A stretch of 64,000 nucleotides of DNA from Octopus sinensis (taxonomy: Eukaryota): the NCBI RefSeq assembly GCF_006345805.1, contig NC_043000.1, forward strand, positions 48,980,001 through 49,044,000, in the 5' to 3' direction. A program made the translations under genes and the position numbers. Below the pieces are notes generated by a model. The model searched no databases, was not told where the DNA came from, and saw only the letters and a program-made list of their open reading frames with translations. Shown one piece after another: positions 1-14,056 of this stretch (the stretch's first letter is position 1; every line of letters starts with the position of its first letter).

Positions 1-84
1 TTATATCAAGCAGCGAGTCAGAATTCGAAGGATTTTCTACTGAAGACCTTCATAAATTCACTCTATGACTGAAAAAAAAAAGCA

Positions 85-474
85 TCTTATATAAGAGTGA
101 AGTTGTGTGTCTGTCTCCTACGATTTAGATTCCTAACTACTCCCACATTTTGCGGTGCAGTTTAACCAAAAGCGGGTATCTTATAGTCGTGATTCATATC
201 GAGCCCTTCTGGGTATTAGCGTGCGTCTACGATGAGTCAACAATTTAAAAAAATTTACCATCATATGTTTCCATTTTAATGCATTTTTTCGCTTTTATAT
301 AAGGGAAGTAACTCTCTAAAAATATCTACGATGTGTCAACGATTTTAAAAAAAGTTACCTTAATTTTTTTTCAATTTTTAATGCATTTTTTGCTATTTTT
401 GGGCTATAACTCTCTAAAAATGCTTATATAGTTATTTCCCTTACAACCCGAGCAACGCCGGGCGATAATGCTAG
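85..474 (+). mobile_element. Non-autonomous Helitron, copy 1
   Basis: Starts A|TC (TCTTATATAAGAGTGAAG) and ends CTAG|T (471-474). GC hairpin CCCG-A-GC-AAC-GC-CGGG at 447-462 lies just upstream of the end. No TSD. Near-identical copy at 1510-1908; two internal ~100-bp subrepeats. Confidence 0.85.
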
Positions 475-1509
475 TCTTATTATAAAAGGCAGATTTTATC
501 TGCTTCCCTTTGTCTCTTATAGAAATCTACAATATAGGATTTCTTCAATTACAATTTACCTAGCATTTTAAAGAGTAGAATGCATCGGGTCGTGCCAGGT
601 CCAGTTTTTAAAATTTCAACCCCAATTAAGCAAAATTTAGAGAAAACTCACATTGTGGTGTGTGAGTCAAGTGCTTTTCTTAGTGTGGGCTATAGCACAC
701 GCACACACACACAAAAAGGGAGCGATCTGATTCACTCACGCTATCACTCTAATTTCTACGACTTTCTCTTTGCAAGTTTGCAACGATTAAAGTGAAACTA
801 TTTCGATAAAACGAGAGAAGTGTACCTTAAACCACTACTAAAAAAAAAAACACAGCAAACAGAAACGAATAAATACATAATGATTTACTCCTCACACAAT
901 TTCTTCAATTAGAGTTTACCCATGATTTTTCAAAGTACTTCCATTGGGTCATGCCATACAAAATTTCTTTCAATTTTACCTCCATTTAAGACAAAATTCG
1001 AGAAAACTCAATATTTTAACATTTCACTCCGAAGGCATTGATGTACATGTGTGCGTGAGTGTGTGTGTGTCATTCCTCACACACACGCATACACATACAT
1101 ATATGACAGTGACAAACACAAACGTTTCAAACAACTACATACAAACACGCGTGTGTTTGTTATTAGTAAAAAAGGCGCCAAAACACAACTCACTTCTCAT
1201 TCCAACACATTTGCAAAGACACACGGACGGTCGAATTGCTATAACAATACAGAAAAGGTAAATTGGTTTTTATTTTACTTTCTGTCGTTAAATTTTGGTA
1301 GTATTAATTGGCGAGCCGAGCTTGCAGTATGAAACAGTGTTTATGTATAAACAGACGACACTTATATATAGTTATTAATAAATGTATGCATCCGTTTAAA
1401 AGAAAAACCAAAAAATACGTTATTCTTTATAAATGTTGTGTTCAAAATAACATTTTCTTTTAAGAATGTGTATATAACAAAGTATGTGTATATAACTACG
1501 CGGCTTATA
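475..1509 (+). mobile_element. Second Helitron-like element (5' part, no own 3' terminator seen)
   Basis: Begins TCTTATTATAAAAGGCAG, a Helitron-type TC..TATA start, immediately after the CTAG of copy 1. Diverged internal direct repeat at about 540-655 versus 900-1015 (TTTCTTCAATTA...GAGAAAACTCA). Confidence 0.55.
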
Positions 1510-1908
1510 TCTTTATATATAAAAGTGAAGTTGTGTGTCTGTCTCCTACGATTTAGATTCCTAACTACTCCCACATTTTGCGGTGCAGTGTAACCAAAAC
1601 CGGGTATCTTATAGTCGTGATTCATATCGAGCCCTTCTGGGTATTAGCGTGCGTCTACGATGAGTCTACGATTAAAAAAAAATTTACCATCATATTTTTC
1701 CATTTTAATGCATTTTCGTCGCTATTATATAAGGGAAGTAACTCTCTAAAAATGTCTACGATGTGTCAACGATTTTTAAAAAAAATTTACCTTGATTTTT
1801 TTTCCATTTTTAATGCAAATTTTTGCTATTTTTTGGCTATAACTCTCTAAAAATGCTTATATAGTTATTTCCCTTACAAACCCGAGCAACGCCGGGCGAT
1901 ACTGCTAG
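1510..1908 (+). mobile_element. Non-autonomous Helitron, copy 2
   Basis: A|TCTTTATATATAAAAGTGAAG start; CCCGAGCAACGCCGGG hairpin at 1881-1896; CTAG|T end at 1905-1908; highly similar to 85-474. Confidence 0.85.
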
Positions 1909-1910
1909 TG

Positions 1911-1960
<50 letters not shown>

Positions 1961-1993
1961 ATGTATATATATATATATGTATATATATATATG

Positions 1994-2047
<54 letters not shown>

Positions 2048-2089
2048 GTGTGTGTGTGTGTGTGTGGTGTGTGTGTGTGTGTGTGTGTA
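1909..2089. repeat. Compound (TA)n/(TG)n microsatellite
   Basis: Direct inspection. Confidence 0.95.
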
Positions 2090-2923
2090 TAATCTTTATG
2101 TCAATTCAAACAATTATATTTTTTCGTATTTAACTGCAGTAATGCTAATTTTGACCCTTTAAAATTTATCATTCCTTTGATTGCTGCAATATAAAATTTA
2201 TTCTGCAAGCGAACTTGATTTCTTCTGAAATAGTGATGACTTTCTATAACAGCATATGGAATATGCAGTAAAAGAAAATTTTATTGGTAAGGAAATAGTT
2301 ATTTCTGTGGAATATCAATTACACTTATATAAAAGATATTAACATATTATTCTTTGCTACTTTTTAAATGGCGTTTTGGTATCCACATATTTCACGCGAG
2401 GAACTTATTTTGCTGACATTAATTTACAGCTTTGAGTGCAATAGCGTTGGGATTTTAAAATAATTATTTTAGAGAATTAGATGAATAAATTACTTACGAT
2501 ATTTCGATGTGTATATTCGTGGATATATTCATCTGTAAAGACGCTTGGTCTAAAGAGTATGATAATGTAATTTACGTTTATTTGATTTATGAACCGATTG
2601 GTACCTTGTGTCCTTAGGTAAAGCACTTTCTTTCACGCTTTTCCTGTCTTCTTAGTTGTACATTAGAATAGGCCGACTGCTGGCGCAGTTCTTTCTCTCT
2701 ATTACTCCCTCCAGTTGTGACAACATAGAGGTTCGGCTTAGACAAGAAATCAGAGAGTTCAAAATATTTTTATACCAGCTTGCAACTACATAGACTCACA
2801 TAAAAATTACCGAAAGAGCGTTACATACTACCTTGTACTACTCATTAGCTAATGTTGCCTATACTTTTCTTTTCCTTTTTCTTTACATTTTTATATTTAT
2901 CTACGTTTGTTGATGATGCATAG

Positions 2924-2972
2924 CTACAATTCGGGCCTGATTAATCTACAATTCGGGCCTGATTAATCTACA
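2924..2972. repeat. 22-bp perfect tandem duplication (CTACAATTCGGGCCTGATTAAT x2.2)
   Basis: Units at 2924-2945 and 2946-2967, plus a partial CTACA. Confidence 0.95.
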
Positions 2973-4524
2973 GTAAAACATGTAGTCGAAGACATTTACC
3001 GGAAGTCATCTGATCGTTTTTCGCTATACCTTGCCTTTAAAGGAACTATCGTACTTAACATATTTTTTAATTAAAATAGTAGGGTGTGATCTGAGTGTTT
3101 TAGCAGCGACCCCTACCAAAACGACTGACCGCATACTAACCACCTCTGATATTTGTGATGTTCTCTGCATGTTTTACTTTTAAATGTTGGTGCATGTGTC
3201 GAATTGTGTTGGTGCATATGACGTTTAATTATAGCTTATGGGACGTAATGTGCAATAGGCTGAAATCCATAGTGCAAGTGCTTGAATATATACATATTTG
3301 TTTCTGTGTGTCTGTTTTGGTATGTCAGTCAGTGTGTATGTACGTGTGGCGGGGCGCGAGTGTGTCTGTGTTGGTCGCTATAATTTTGTGTAGATCCAGT
3401 TTTGTGACATGTGACAATATCTAAGTATATTACAGCTTTGCAGAAGTAATTTTATTGATTCAGATATTTTTTGAGTGCTGAAATAATATAGAAAATTGAT
3501 ATTTATAGGAAGTTCTATTGAAAATGCGCTGTTATTAAGTTATCTTTGATATTTGTGGTTAGCAATCTTCTTATCATTGTATGTGCCAATTAAACTGATT
3601 AATCACCAGTATGAATATTTAAGTTTTATTATATTTAGTTCATAAATTTTTATTACATATCATGTTCCACCTGTTTCTAAATGTCATTCGAAAATGGCCT
3701 TTATGGTCGTCTTCCAGAAAGTACCACACATCATACCAAAGTGTCATGATATCCAAATGCATTTAGTTTTATCTTATCCTCATCTGATTTATTTATTAGG
3801 TTTTTCGTTTTCTTTGCTTTGGCAACAATTATAACATGCTACAGAGATTATGTAATATAATTTTCGTGATATACGCACTCAGTGTCATATGGCTTCTTAT
3901 TAATTCCAATCTGTTAGGTTTCCCACTGAAGATAAAAGTTTTATCACAGACGCATCAGCATTCACATTTTACGTTACTCACTTGTTTACTACACTTGTTG
4001 TCATAAATTCTTCTCACACTCTGTTAATGTATATTATGCTGCATCAGTTATCCACAGACGTGTAAAATATTGTATATTGCCTCAAGTCTATTCATGATTT
4101 ATTTTCCAAATTATTTAGATATATTTAGATTATGAAATAAAGTTAACTTCTGACCACGAAATTTCTTTAAAAAAAAATCATTCCTATACGTTTATCCTTC
4201 TATTTAGTAACAGGTGTACTCACTATGCTGAGATTGATATTGCTATGCTCTTAACATAATTTCATTACGACGAAATTTTTCAATAAACAACAGTTACAAC
4301 TAGTGATTGTTTCTTATATATTGTAGTAGTAAATGTGATTTTCATAAAATAGTAATACAATTATATAAACTGAAATAGCAGTACGCTTATGCCAAAATAT
4401 TCAATGCATTTTCTCAAAGATTTATCATAACAACTGACTGTTATATCATAATGAAACCACTAGGAGCTATAAGTGATCCTTGTATTCATCGTGTATTATT
4501 TTAATAATACAATATTTTATCTGG

Positions 4525-4740
4525 TTAACTGTTTCAATCATTAGACTGAGGCCATGCAGGACTAGCGACTTGAAAATTTTAGTTGACAGAATGAGATCTA
4601 GTACGTTTTCTAAGCAAGGTGCGTACTCTGTCGGTCCTTTTTTACCGAGCAGCTAAGTTACAGAGAAGTTAACACATCAACACCGGTTGTCAAGCGGATC
4701 TTATGAGATAAACACTGACACAAAGACACACACAAATATA
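4525..4740 (-). mobile_element. SINE family B, 3' body fragment (diverged)
   Basis: Similar to 34150-34350 and 21592-21655 (TTGACTGxGGCCATGCTGG...GACAAACAC). Confidence 0.65.
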
Positions 4741-4884
4741 TATACATATATATATATATATATATCATCGTAAAAATGACAGTATCTGATGGACTAGCCG
4801 ACGACTAACGTTATGTAACCAAAAATGTCCTTTCTTTTCTTTTCTCTTACATGTCTTCACACTTATTTGATTACCTATTTATTT

Positions 4885-4968
4885 ATTCCTGATGAAGGGG
4901 ACATTTTCAGTGTGAAACTAAAGGATTCATAGCTGTTGACTAATGGACTCCAGAAACGGCGGTCGAAT
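4885..4968 (+). ncRNA. Type I hammerhead ribozyme motif, Penelope-like-element type
   Basis: Stem I ATTC/GAAT; CTGATGA at 4889-4895; extended stem II (GGGG/CTCC, CATT/AATG, TGAA/TTCA); GAAA at 4953-4956; near-palindromic stem III ACGGCGGT; GTC cleavage triplet at 4962-4964. There is an extra A on both sides of stem II. Confidence 0.6.
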
Positions 4969-5593
4969 TGCTTCATATTGACGTTATAATCCTCAATGAA
5001 CATTTCTTCGGAACTTTTCTAAACTTTTAAATCCATAATTAGGACTTCTCACAACTGCCGATGTATCTTACAACATATAATTCTTAACTCAACGTTTTTT
5101 AACCTTAAATCTGATATGATTTTTAATCGATATATCAACCTTTATTTATTTATCCTTTTCACGTACATTTGTACCTCATATAACTCTTATTTCTTTCTAA
5201 ATAATATATGGATATATTCCTTGTCTTGATGTAATTTAATGTTATATGTATTTATGTAATTATGTTGATGTATATCACAAATATAGAATGATTATCTAAA
5301 TTTTTGTCTCTTCTTATACCAAGTAATATAATGTTCGACCTGAACACATCCATGCAATTCTGTAAGAAAATAATATTATACATATATATATAATAAAGGG
5401 TAAAATCAATTAATCAATTAATAATTAAAATTTTAACAAGTAGTTCGGTATGTTAAAAGAACCATTATCGGTTAACTTAAGCAAAAATTTTTATAGTTAT
5501 GAGTATAATAATATATAATTATAATTACATATATATATATATATATATATATACGAGTGAGTGGGAAAATGAAAGAGAGAGGCACTCAACAAG

Positions 5594-5760
5594 CGGTATG
5601 TCGTCTGTCTTTACGATCTGAGTTCAAATTCCGCCAAGGTCGACTTTTCTTATTATACTTTCGGGTTTGTTAAATAAGTACCAGTTACGCACTGTGCTCG
5701 ATGTAACCGATTATCGCCTTCCCATAAAATTCAGGTCTTGTGCTTATTGTAGAAAGGATT
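5594..5760 (+). mobile_element. SINE family A (tRNA-derived), truncated
   Basis: B-box-like GAGTTCAAATTCC followed by the body shared with 43650-44222, 25776-26222 and 63110-63520. Confidence 0.75.
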
Positions 5761-5789
5761 ATTTAAATTTTGGGGATTCGGCTCCATGC

Positions 5790-5968
5790 AACTTAAAGTC
5801 TCATGGGCTTCTTACAGAAACCTAGCTCATTGAGAATCAGATAACTGAATGTTTTGTCGGACTGAGATTTTAGTAGAAAACACTTGCTCATGGTGCCACG
5901 CATTGGCACTAAAGCCGAAATCATGCGGTTGGGAAACAATCCTCTTACAGTTCAGCCACGCCTGCGCC
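5790..5968 (-). mobile_element. SINE family B head (tRNA-derived, CORE-like)
   Basis: Reverse complement resembles 13248-13385 (...GCGTGGCACCATGAGCAAGTGTTTTCTACTA). Confidence 0.65.
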
Positions 5969-6895
5969 AAGAAAAATATTTCTACGTAAGTGATTAAATT
6001 ACAATATAAAAAGTACAGAAGGGACAATTATTACTCTTCGTTATTGATAGAGTAGTATTCGCGATCATTATTTCTAATCGATTGTATCTAAAGAAAATTT
6101 GGAAGAAATGAAAGGAATTCATTTCTCGGACAACTGAGGAAGATATAAATTTTGATAATTCCAACATTTTTATTTGAAACAATTTAATCTGAATATTACC
6201 TAATCATTTCTGAAAGGAAATTATGCGGCTAGTTTAAACACATCACGAAGTTACTTCTATACTTATCTCAACATTCTTCTCGACAGCATTCACTGGTTAA
6301 GTTTTTTCATTAGATGATGGTATTTTATAAGAGGCACTGTATTTATGTGAATTGATATTAATAAAATTTAATCTGTACATCCACACTTTACACCGCAGTC
6401 ATTACAAGAAATTATAAATCCAAATCGAAAATTAGCCATTTCCATGTTTTCTTTTAACACCTTAAGATTGATTAATTTAAGGTCGAGTTAGATGATAATT
6501 TTGTTCCATTCACATACTTGCCTCACATTAGAAAACCGGAGTAGTATGTTTAGGACATCAAAAGAAATCTATAAACTACAAATTTTTATGACAACTTTAA
6601 AAACTATAAAGGAACCGATTCAGAAATCTTGCCTTGTACTTAAAAGTGTATGCATATAATGAATATTATTGAAACGAACATTTACACGGATACATTTCTC
6701 ATGGCAATATTGGCTTAACCACCGTTTAACGATTAATATTAAGCACCTGCATTTCTATTCAGCAAGCAAGTTTTGAAAACCCTACGAATGTTCCTACTGA
6801 AGCGAAGCGAAAGCTAAGCTAGTGATATTTTTTTAAAAGCAACAAGAAAACATAATCTTATGTGACTGCGTATACATAACTAAATGTGTGTGTGC

Positions 6896-6938
<43 letters not shown>

Positions 6939-7378
6939 ATATATCGTAGCATACTTGTATATACCTATATATATATATACCTCTACATATATGCATACAT
7001 GTTTGTGTTGCTTAAAATGCATTTCCATATTCTTATTGATTAAATTATTTTACCTTTTTATTGCATAGCTTATCTGCAGATGTTTACATTAAACTCTCTG
7101 AGCTTTAGCCAACCAAATAACATAAATATAAGTAGACAACATTAAATGAATTTTGTTACGAGGGGGAAAACAGCTGAATAGCATTATAGATGTGTTACTA
7201 CTTGAAATAAACTGTGATTCTGTAAACCGTGCCTCTGAAAAGGCAAAGTGGTAGCAACGAGATTACTTGATGTTTGTAGTCGAGAATACTAAGAATCTGA
7301 AATAATTTCAGCTGTACATAAGTACACACACTCACTCACACACACATATATATATATATATTATATATATATATATAT

Positions 7379-7411
<33 letters not shown>

Positions 7412-7749
7412 GTATGTATATAGATATATATATATATATGTATATTCGTTCTCTTCTATTTTTTTAATCACCTGAATTCTTTTTGTGAGAAAGAAGCTGG
7501 TTTCTAACAAATATACTAAACTCCATCATTGAAATGTAGATAATAAAAACAATGTCATTTCGAACTTGCGAAAAATTGCATAATTTTATTGCCCCTCTTA
7601 CTGATTGACTTTGTAATGTGCCAGTTAGCTGACTGACTTCTTTTTCCGAAAACCGCAGCTTATTCGGTTTGTTACTCAAGCACATACTTATAAACCAACA
7701 ACACCATTTATCATTGATATAAATATGAATTTATATTCTAGATATACAA

Positions 7750-9790
7750 GCTGGAGGTTTCGAAGCAGTTGTCTGTAATTATCCTCTTACTCTTTGATTT
7801 TCAAAACTATATTCAAATCAGCCGGACAGCTGACCTCTATGATGTTCATATTTTTTCTTATCTTCCCGAACAACAATATCCGGTCTGTTATGCTTACACT
7901 TGTCAGTTGTTTTGATGGAAATGTTCCACCAATACTCCCTGTGTCGCTGCTTGCATATGTATTCAAACTCAAGTGGATTCTCTATATTTATTCTCGAATG
8001 GTTTGTTTTTCTAAGAGCATTGTATATTGTTTCAGTGAAACATTGTATCGCATACGAGAGTAGCACCTCGGAATTTTTCAGCAGCTGCTGAAAATATCTT
8101 TCTCAGAAATATTGCTCAATCTACATTTCCCGTTGCTCCAAAGGCTTCACTGTCTCTTTTGTTTAATAGGTATTCTCTAGATTCCAAATGCATAGCCTTT
8201 TAAATGATGTGATGTACTGTCATGAGTCAAATAGAGGACGCGCATCATGTCTTCCGGAAGCATACTCATGCGAAGTCTATTTTTAGTATGCTGGGCGTTT
8301 CCCTTCCACGTCTTCCTTGAAGTATGACAGTTGTGCTATTTGGAGTTGTATGGGATGCTATCGGGAAGAGAGTGCTTCCCGAGGAGCTCACTGCGGACAC
8401 GTAGTATGTTGTGCACCTCACTTTTAAGCACCAAGTTGCTGTGTTTCTTTTCGCTGGTGTTGTTATTAGCAGGTACTGTCTGAGGGAGATTATATGACAT
8501 CCGAGGGCTGTCTGCAGTTGTCTCAAACCTTTTAGGTAGAGATTGTCGATATGACTGTTTCTGTAGAAGTTCCCAATAGATGTCAGGATCTTGCGGATTT
8601 TAATGCCTAAATAAAGGATTTCTTCTGCGTACAAGTCAAGTATCCCAGATGCTGGAATCACTATTTGTACTGAAAATGCATTCTGGGATATTGTCATGTT
8701 GTAAGAGGAGAGTTCCAACTGCCACATTTTTCTGAGCTTGGTGCAATACTCTCGTGTTACTCTGTCTTTATTGACAGCCGGTCATATGATGTATTTTAAT
8801 CAATATGTCCTTATTTGTAGCATTCTTTGTCTATATGTGTATGTTCTCATTCGCTTATTTATTTAGAAAACAATTTAACTAGCCACATGCTTGGTAACAA
8901 GGTTTAGAAGCGAAGCATCTTCTTTTGTCCATCGTCCATTAAATCTGAATTTATAGCGTATGATTTAAATATTTGTGTTCTTTCTCCTAGAATCCAAATT
9001 CAGCCATATTTTCATTCAAACCTGTTAGTACGTATAGTGTTGACCCAATAACAATACGTCTGAAGCTGAAAGTCTATCTTGGGTACTATGTTTGGAACTC
9101 CTCATCATTCGTCTAGAGAAGTCCTCTTTCTCTTGTACTGTTTAAACCACATTTGTATCCTGAGAGCAACTAATATGCACAGCAAAACATATCTCTCTCT
9201 ATATATAACGTTTATACCTTGTGGTCCCAACGGTAATATCTATCGGTTGTTTTTCATCTTGATGGTTGTTTTTATTTTTAAGTTCCACCAATATTCTTTT
9301 GGCCCGTCTATCTCAACATAGTCAACTTCGTCTATACATGTTCTGTCTTTTGCTATCTTGTTCCATGCCATTCTGGTTATGTCATCATGCTTCATGAGAA
9401 GATAATTTCTAGAAGACATTCTTCCGGAGTTGACAATAATATGATTGATGCTTTCAGTCTTGGTCTTTGCCTATATTTGTTGTATCTGAATGCAGTTTGC
9501 TTGTTATAATGTAGGTACCTGACGGGGATCTCTTTTCTTGAATTGCATGGAGATAACTTCCGATGAGGGATCTCATAAACTTGTCGGTACTTCATATCAA
9601 GCTTCTGATATGATCATTTCCTTTTACGGTTTGTGTTTTTCGAGTCATCTACCCATATTCAATCTTCTCAGTGAACTGGTCTTTCTTTTTAAACTGTTGT
9701 TTTGATAGATTCAACCAATGCTTTTGGGTATAAATCTGCATCAGCTCTTATTTCATGCGTCTCTTCAAGTTCATTAGCTAATCTAATTAC
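7750..9790 (-). mobile_element. Decayed non-LTR retrotransposon with restriction-like endonuclease (R4/Dong-like)
   Basis: Frameshifted minus-strand pieces: WWNISIKTTDKCKHNRPDIVV and IIEVSCPADLNIVLKIKE*EDNY (PD..E endonuclease motif), and KILTSIGNFYRNSHIDNLYL..GLRQLQ (post-RT region). Many stops; boundaries approximate. Confidence 0.75.
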
Positions 9791-10717
9791 ATTACTCTGA
9801 TACACATACAGCACACTATGTACATGTATGCGTTTTCGTAACATAGGTAAACGTGATTTAGCGGGGCGATATGGTGGTGATCCATTTGCATAGGCTATCG
9901 ATCTTTTATATTCTCCTCGAAAGTTGCTTAATCCTGAAAGAACGAATGTACTTAGTCATAAGTAGATACCATGTGTAGTATAGTTCCTTGCTGTAATTAA
10001 CGTGACATCAATGTGTAGTTAATGAATATTTTTTAGGCTGATGTCTAGGATTGAGTTTAATTCTTACTGGCCGAATGTTTATCAACGGAATATCAAGTCT
10101 TAATATGTTTAACATGTATATCTCATTTGCTTAAAATCTCAATAATCGGAAAGAAGCACTGATTTACGGAACTCGGAGTTTCAGAAGAGGAATTGTTGGA
10201 GATCATAATTCATCTCCAACAGCTTAACTACTTATTCTCTGAAATAGCTACTCATTCTGCAACGGTAACTACTCAGTCGCAAATATTAATATTCGTGTCG
10301 TAATAACTTTTTAATTATTTAATTACGCACGCAAGCTCTAAATATATGACAATTTGTAGAGTATGTCTTCCAAATATTTCTAGGGCATTAGCCAGATATT
10401 AATCTCATTAAATAAGAGTTCAGTTCTATAGATTGAAAATAACCTTCCATTATGCTAAGATGACAGATTTTCCTCACTGAAAGTAATTGACTTCGTTAAT
10501 GCCGCTTTTGAAAAACATGGAAATTCGTTTTCCTGTATAAAAAGTTGACCTCGTCCTAAAATAATAAAGCATTCACAACACTTCATAATAACAAAAGTAA
10601 TAAATACTAATTGAAATACAAACTATTCCTGGTAATAAAATATATGAAGTTTTGATTTTATTTTTTGCTTCCAAAAGTCTTTCAAACATGGTATTTGGTT
10701 ACAATGTGTATATTTTA

Positions 10718-10718
<1 letters not shown>

Positions 10719-10794
<76 letters not shown>

Positions 10795-10800
10795 TAATAA
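10719..10800. repeat. (AAT)n microsatellite
   Basis: Direct inspection. Confidence 0.95.
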
Positions 10801-13247
10801 AGTAGATCAATATCTCACTTCTTCCTACTATGTATGTAAGTTTTGTTTTTGTTTTATTATGCATTTTTCGGCAATAAAATACGACTTTTCTAAAATGTGC
10901 TTAAACCTGACCAAAATTGTATCAACTGGTAGTTAAAATATCTGAATGTGGATTGATGAATATATTGTCTATTCTTTCTTGTCGCAAAATATAATGGAAC
11001 ATACCGAAAGGAAGACGTTATCGTAATTTTCGCACCATATCCTGTTGCATGTAACCGAGTTGACAACTTTTTTTGATCTCAGTTCCAAATAATCAATTCA
11101 AACGCACGTCTTCTTTACCTTGATGTTTTTGGCAAACAATAATGCGAAGAAAGAAAGCAAAACCTAACGCAATATCTCAGACCCTTCTACCAGAAATTAT
11201 AAAGTTATATGACTTCCGATGTTTTCCGGTGACGTGACTATGCGAATTATGTTGTGATTTAAGGATGAAATATTTTCACTACGTTAAAACGGGAATAATG
11301 CTAAACAAAAGTGAATACAAAGAAAGGAAAAACAGTTATTTCTTAAATGTGAATGAAACACCTGGATAATTATATGAGAACGTTGGCACTTCAGAATCAT
11401 TAGATGGCAAATTTAATGAAACGGCGTAGACAAAATAAGCTTTGTTTAAAATGGAATCGTGCAGAATTCAATAGAACTATATTAACCATTTAGAAAATGA
11501 ATATATTATACTTACGTATATATTTTCCTTAAATTGTATATCAGAGGAAAGAAGAGAGAAAATATTTACCTTATCCCTCCTGAAATAAATAGAAACTCCC
11601 TTTCTTGAATTATCGTGAAGACATCCTTCATGCTGTGCTCATACAATCCCCAGATTAATAGGAATATTTCTGGTGTATATTTTAGAAATATATGTCAAAT
11701 AAATAAGTTCTATTAACATAATATTTTAACATACTTTTAACATATTTTAGCATATTACTTTGATATTTCAATTATATAGCAACAGCGAAAGATTCGGAAG
11801 ACGTGTTTGTCAGCGTTGGATATTTCCATACATGTCATAATGACTTATATATGTGTGTGTCGTATTGGGGTATATAGAGACGATAGCTGGTATTTTTTTA
11901 ACGCCATTACCGACAGAAATATTGCTTGCTGTTAGCAAATCAAAATATTTCACAAAGAAATTATTATATAGTCAGCAAATCTATATCTCTCCAAAACGAA
12001 ACCATACTAAATTTACCAGAACCATTAATTTTATAAACTGGTTAAGTACTATATGCTCTGAAAACTATCAGTTTAACAGTTTTTTTTGTTTTGTTTTTTT
12101 GTATACGCGAGAATCTCTTCCTGTATATGTATGTGTGAATGTGTTTGAAAGAGACAAACAGACAAGGAAATTTGGAGTGAAAAAAGAAAGAGAAGGGCAA
12201 TCGACAGAGATATTTACATATAGAAATTCATTTTATATATACATAATTTTATAACTCTTATCTATCTATCGTGTTTCTCCCCTCTCTCGCTGCAAATATG
12301 CGTCTGTGTGCGTGCGTGTTACAGTGTGTATTCATGCATGCGAATGTTTTTCTTTTTTATATGTGTAAGTGTATGTTTGTGTATACATGTTTAAGCGTAT
12401 ATGCCTGTGTATCTCATTACAGATAGCCCTGCACCATATATATACAATATAAACTCACAAATATGCAAAAATGAATCATCGATTCGTATGAATGCATATA
12501 TTTAAACATATAATCACACGAACACATATGTGTGTTTATATGTATGTGACCTTATTTTTATTATTGTTATTACTTAAGAACGCCTGAAAAATAATCAATA
12601 CAGAAAGTTCAATATAAATCAATATTTTTTTCGCCTACCACACTGATACTTAATCGAATACATTGAAGTGGAATAAGCTACAATTCATACTTACAGAGAA
12701 GGCGAGCACAATACTTGAATTAGACTCGTCGATTGTGATGCTAACATATCTTTAAATATAGCAAGCATAGATTTGTTTTACCAGCTTCAATGCGTTGATG
12801 AAACTTAAAAGAAAATGTTAGTTTCTATTATATTCAACAATGCCTTTTCAATATGAATAGTTGAAGACAGAATATTGTCAAACGAAATTTCTTTTATAAA
12901 TATTTTTAAGCAGGATTTTTCTACCTCCATATTAGAACATTGGTGTAGAAATTGTATTTAAAAATAACGATTGTCTGAAAAAAAAGAAACTTTGTCACAA
13001 GATTGAATGACATACATTTAATATATATTGTAGGACGAACAGTATGTCCCCTTATCTTTGATATATTACAAGTTTAAGGTTTAAAAGTTAGGTTCAGGGT
13101 ATGGAAGAATGCTATGGGTAGTCCTGTGTGATCCTAGATGAATGTTATTGCCAGTAAATACGTACAGCACAGCAGGAAAGTTGTATAAGCCAAAAACAAT
13201 TATTATTATAAAAATAGTCATATCTCGCGTGCTACGATAAATAAAAT

Positions 13248-13385
13248 GGTGAGAAGTTTGCCTCCCAACCATTGGTTCATAGTTCATTCCCACTGTGAGG
13301 CACCTTGGACAAGTGTCTTCTTCTATAGCCGCGAGTCTACCAGATCCTTACGAGTAAATTTGGCAGACGGAAACTGAAATACGCC
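13248..13385 (+). mobile_element. SINE family B head (tRNA-derived, CORE-like)
   Basis: GGTGAGAAGTTTGCCTCCCAACC..AGTTCATTCCCACTG (B-box-like), then GGCACCTTGGACAAGTGTCTTC...GACGGAAACTGAAA; matches the reverse complement of 34545-34690. Confidence 0.75.
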
Positions 13386-13419
13386 CCAAAGTGCACGTAT
13401 ACCTCCACACACAATCCCT

Positions 13420-13705
13420 CGTTCATACACACACATACACACATACACGCACATACACATATGCACACGCACATACATGTACACACGCACATACATGTAC
13501 ACACGCACATACACTCACACGCATGCACACATATACACACGCACATACATACACACAGACGCACAGGCATATGAACTCACAAATACCTCTCCCACACACA
13601 CTCATACATACACGCACAAAGTTCACACATACCAAGCACACACACTCATACTTACACGCATATATAGTTTTGCGCGCACGCACATACCCACACATACACG
13701 CACAT
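13420..13705. repeat. CA-rich degenerate microsatellite
   Basis: Direct inspection. Confidence 0.9.
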
Positions 13706-13799
13706 ACTTCCTCTTACACTCTCCTGACTTAGAAAGAACTTTTTCTGCACCCATTCCTTTCCGTTCATTTCAAAATGTAACCCCATGTGAATCTTTGCC

Positions 13800-13965
13800 G
13801 ATTTTCTTCTTCCGTCTCCGCTTCTATTGGACTTTCCTCTGTTTACGAAGAAGAGCGTCCGCTCGAAACGCTAAACCATATTTCTTTCCTTCTCTGAAGG
13901 TCTTCTAATATTTTACATGTACCATGTCCTCGCGTTGTTGTTTTGTTTTTTGTGTTTTTTATATT
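13800..13965 (+). mobile_element. Penelope-like terminal-repeat remnant with degenerate hammerhead (13841-13876)
   Basis: GTTT-ACGAAGA-A-GAGCG-TC-CGCTC-GAAA-CGCT-AAAC: stems I and II intact, core mutated. Pyrimidine-rich flanks like those at 21420-21570. Confidence 0.5.
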
Positions 13966-13977
13966 TTTGGGATATAC

Positions 13978-14056
<79 letters not shown>

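Noticed and set aside
1908-2162. ORFs rich in YI/CV/HT dipeptides here and at 13323-13908, 14320-15443, 21131-21942, 31964-32496, 34231-34640, 59144-59525 and 60336-60623
   Set aside because: Translations of (TA)n/(CA)n/(GATA)n microsatellites; no coding signal.
10652-10936. Poly-Asn ORF
   Set aside because: Produced by an (AAT)n microsatellite; flanks are not protein-like.
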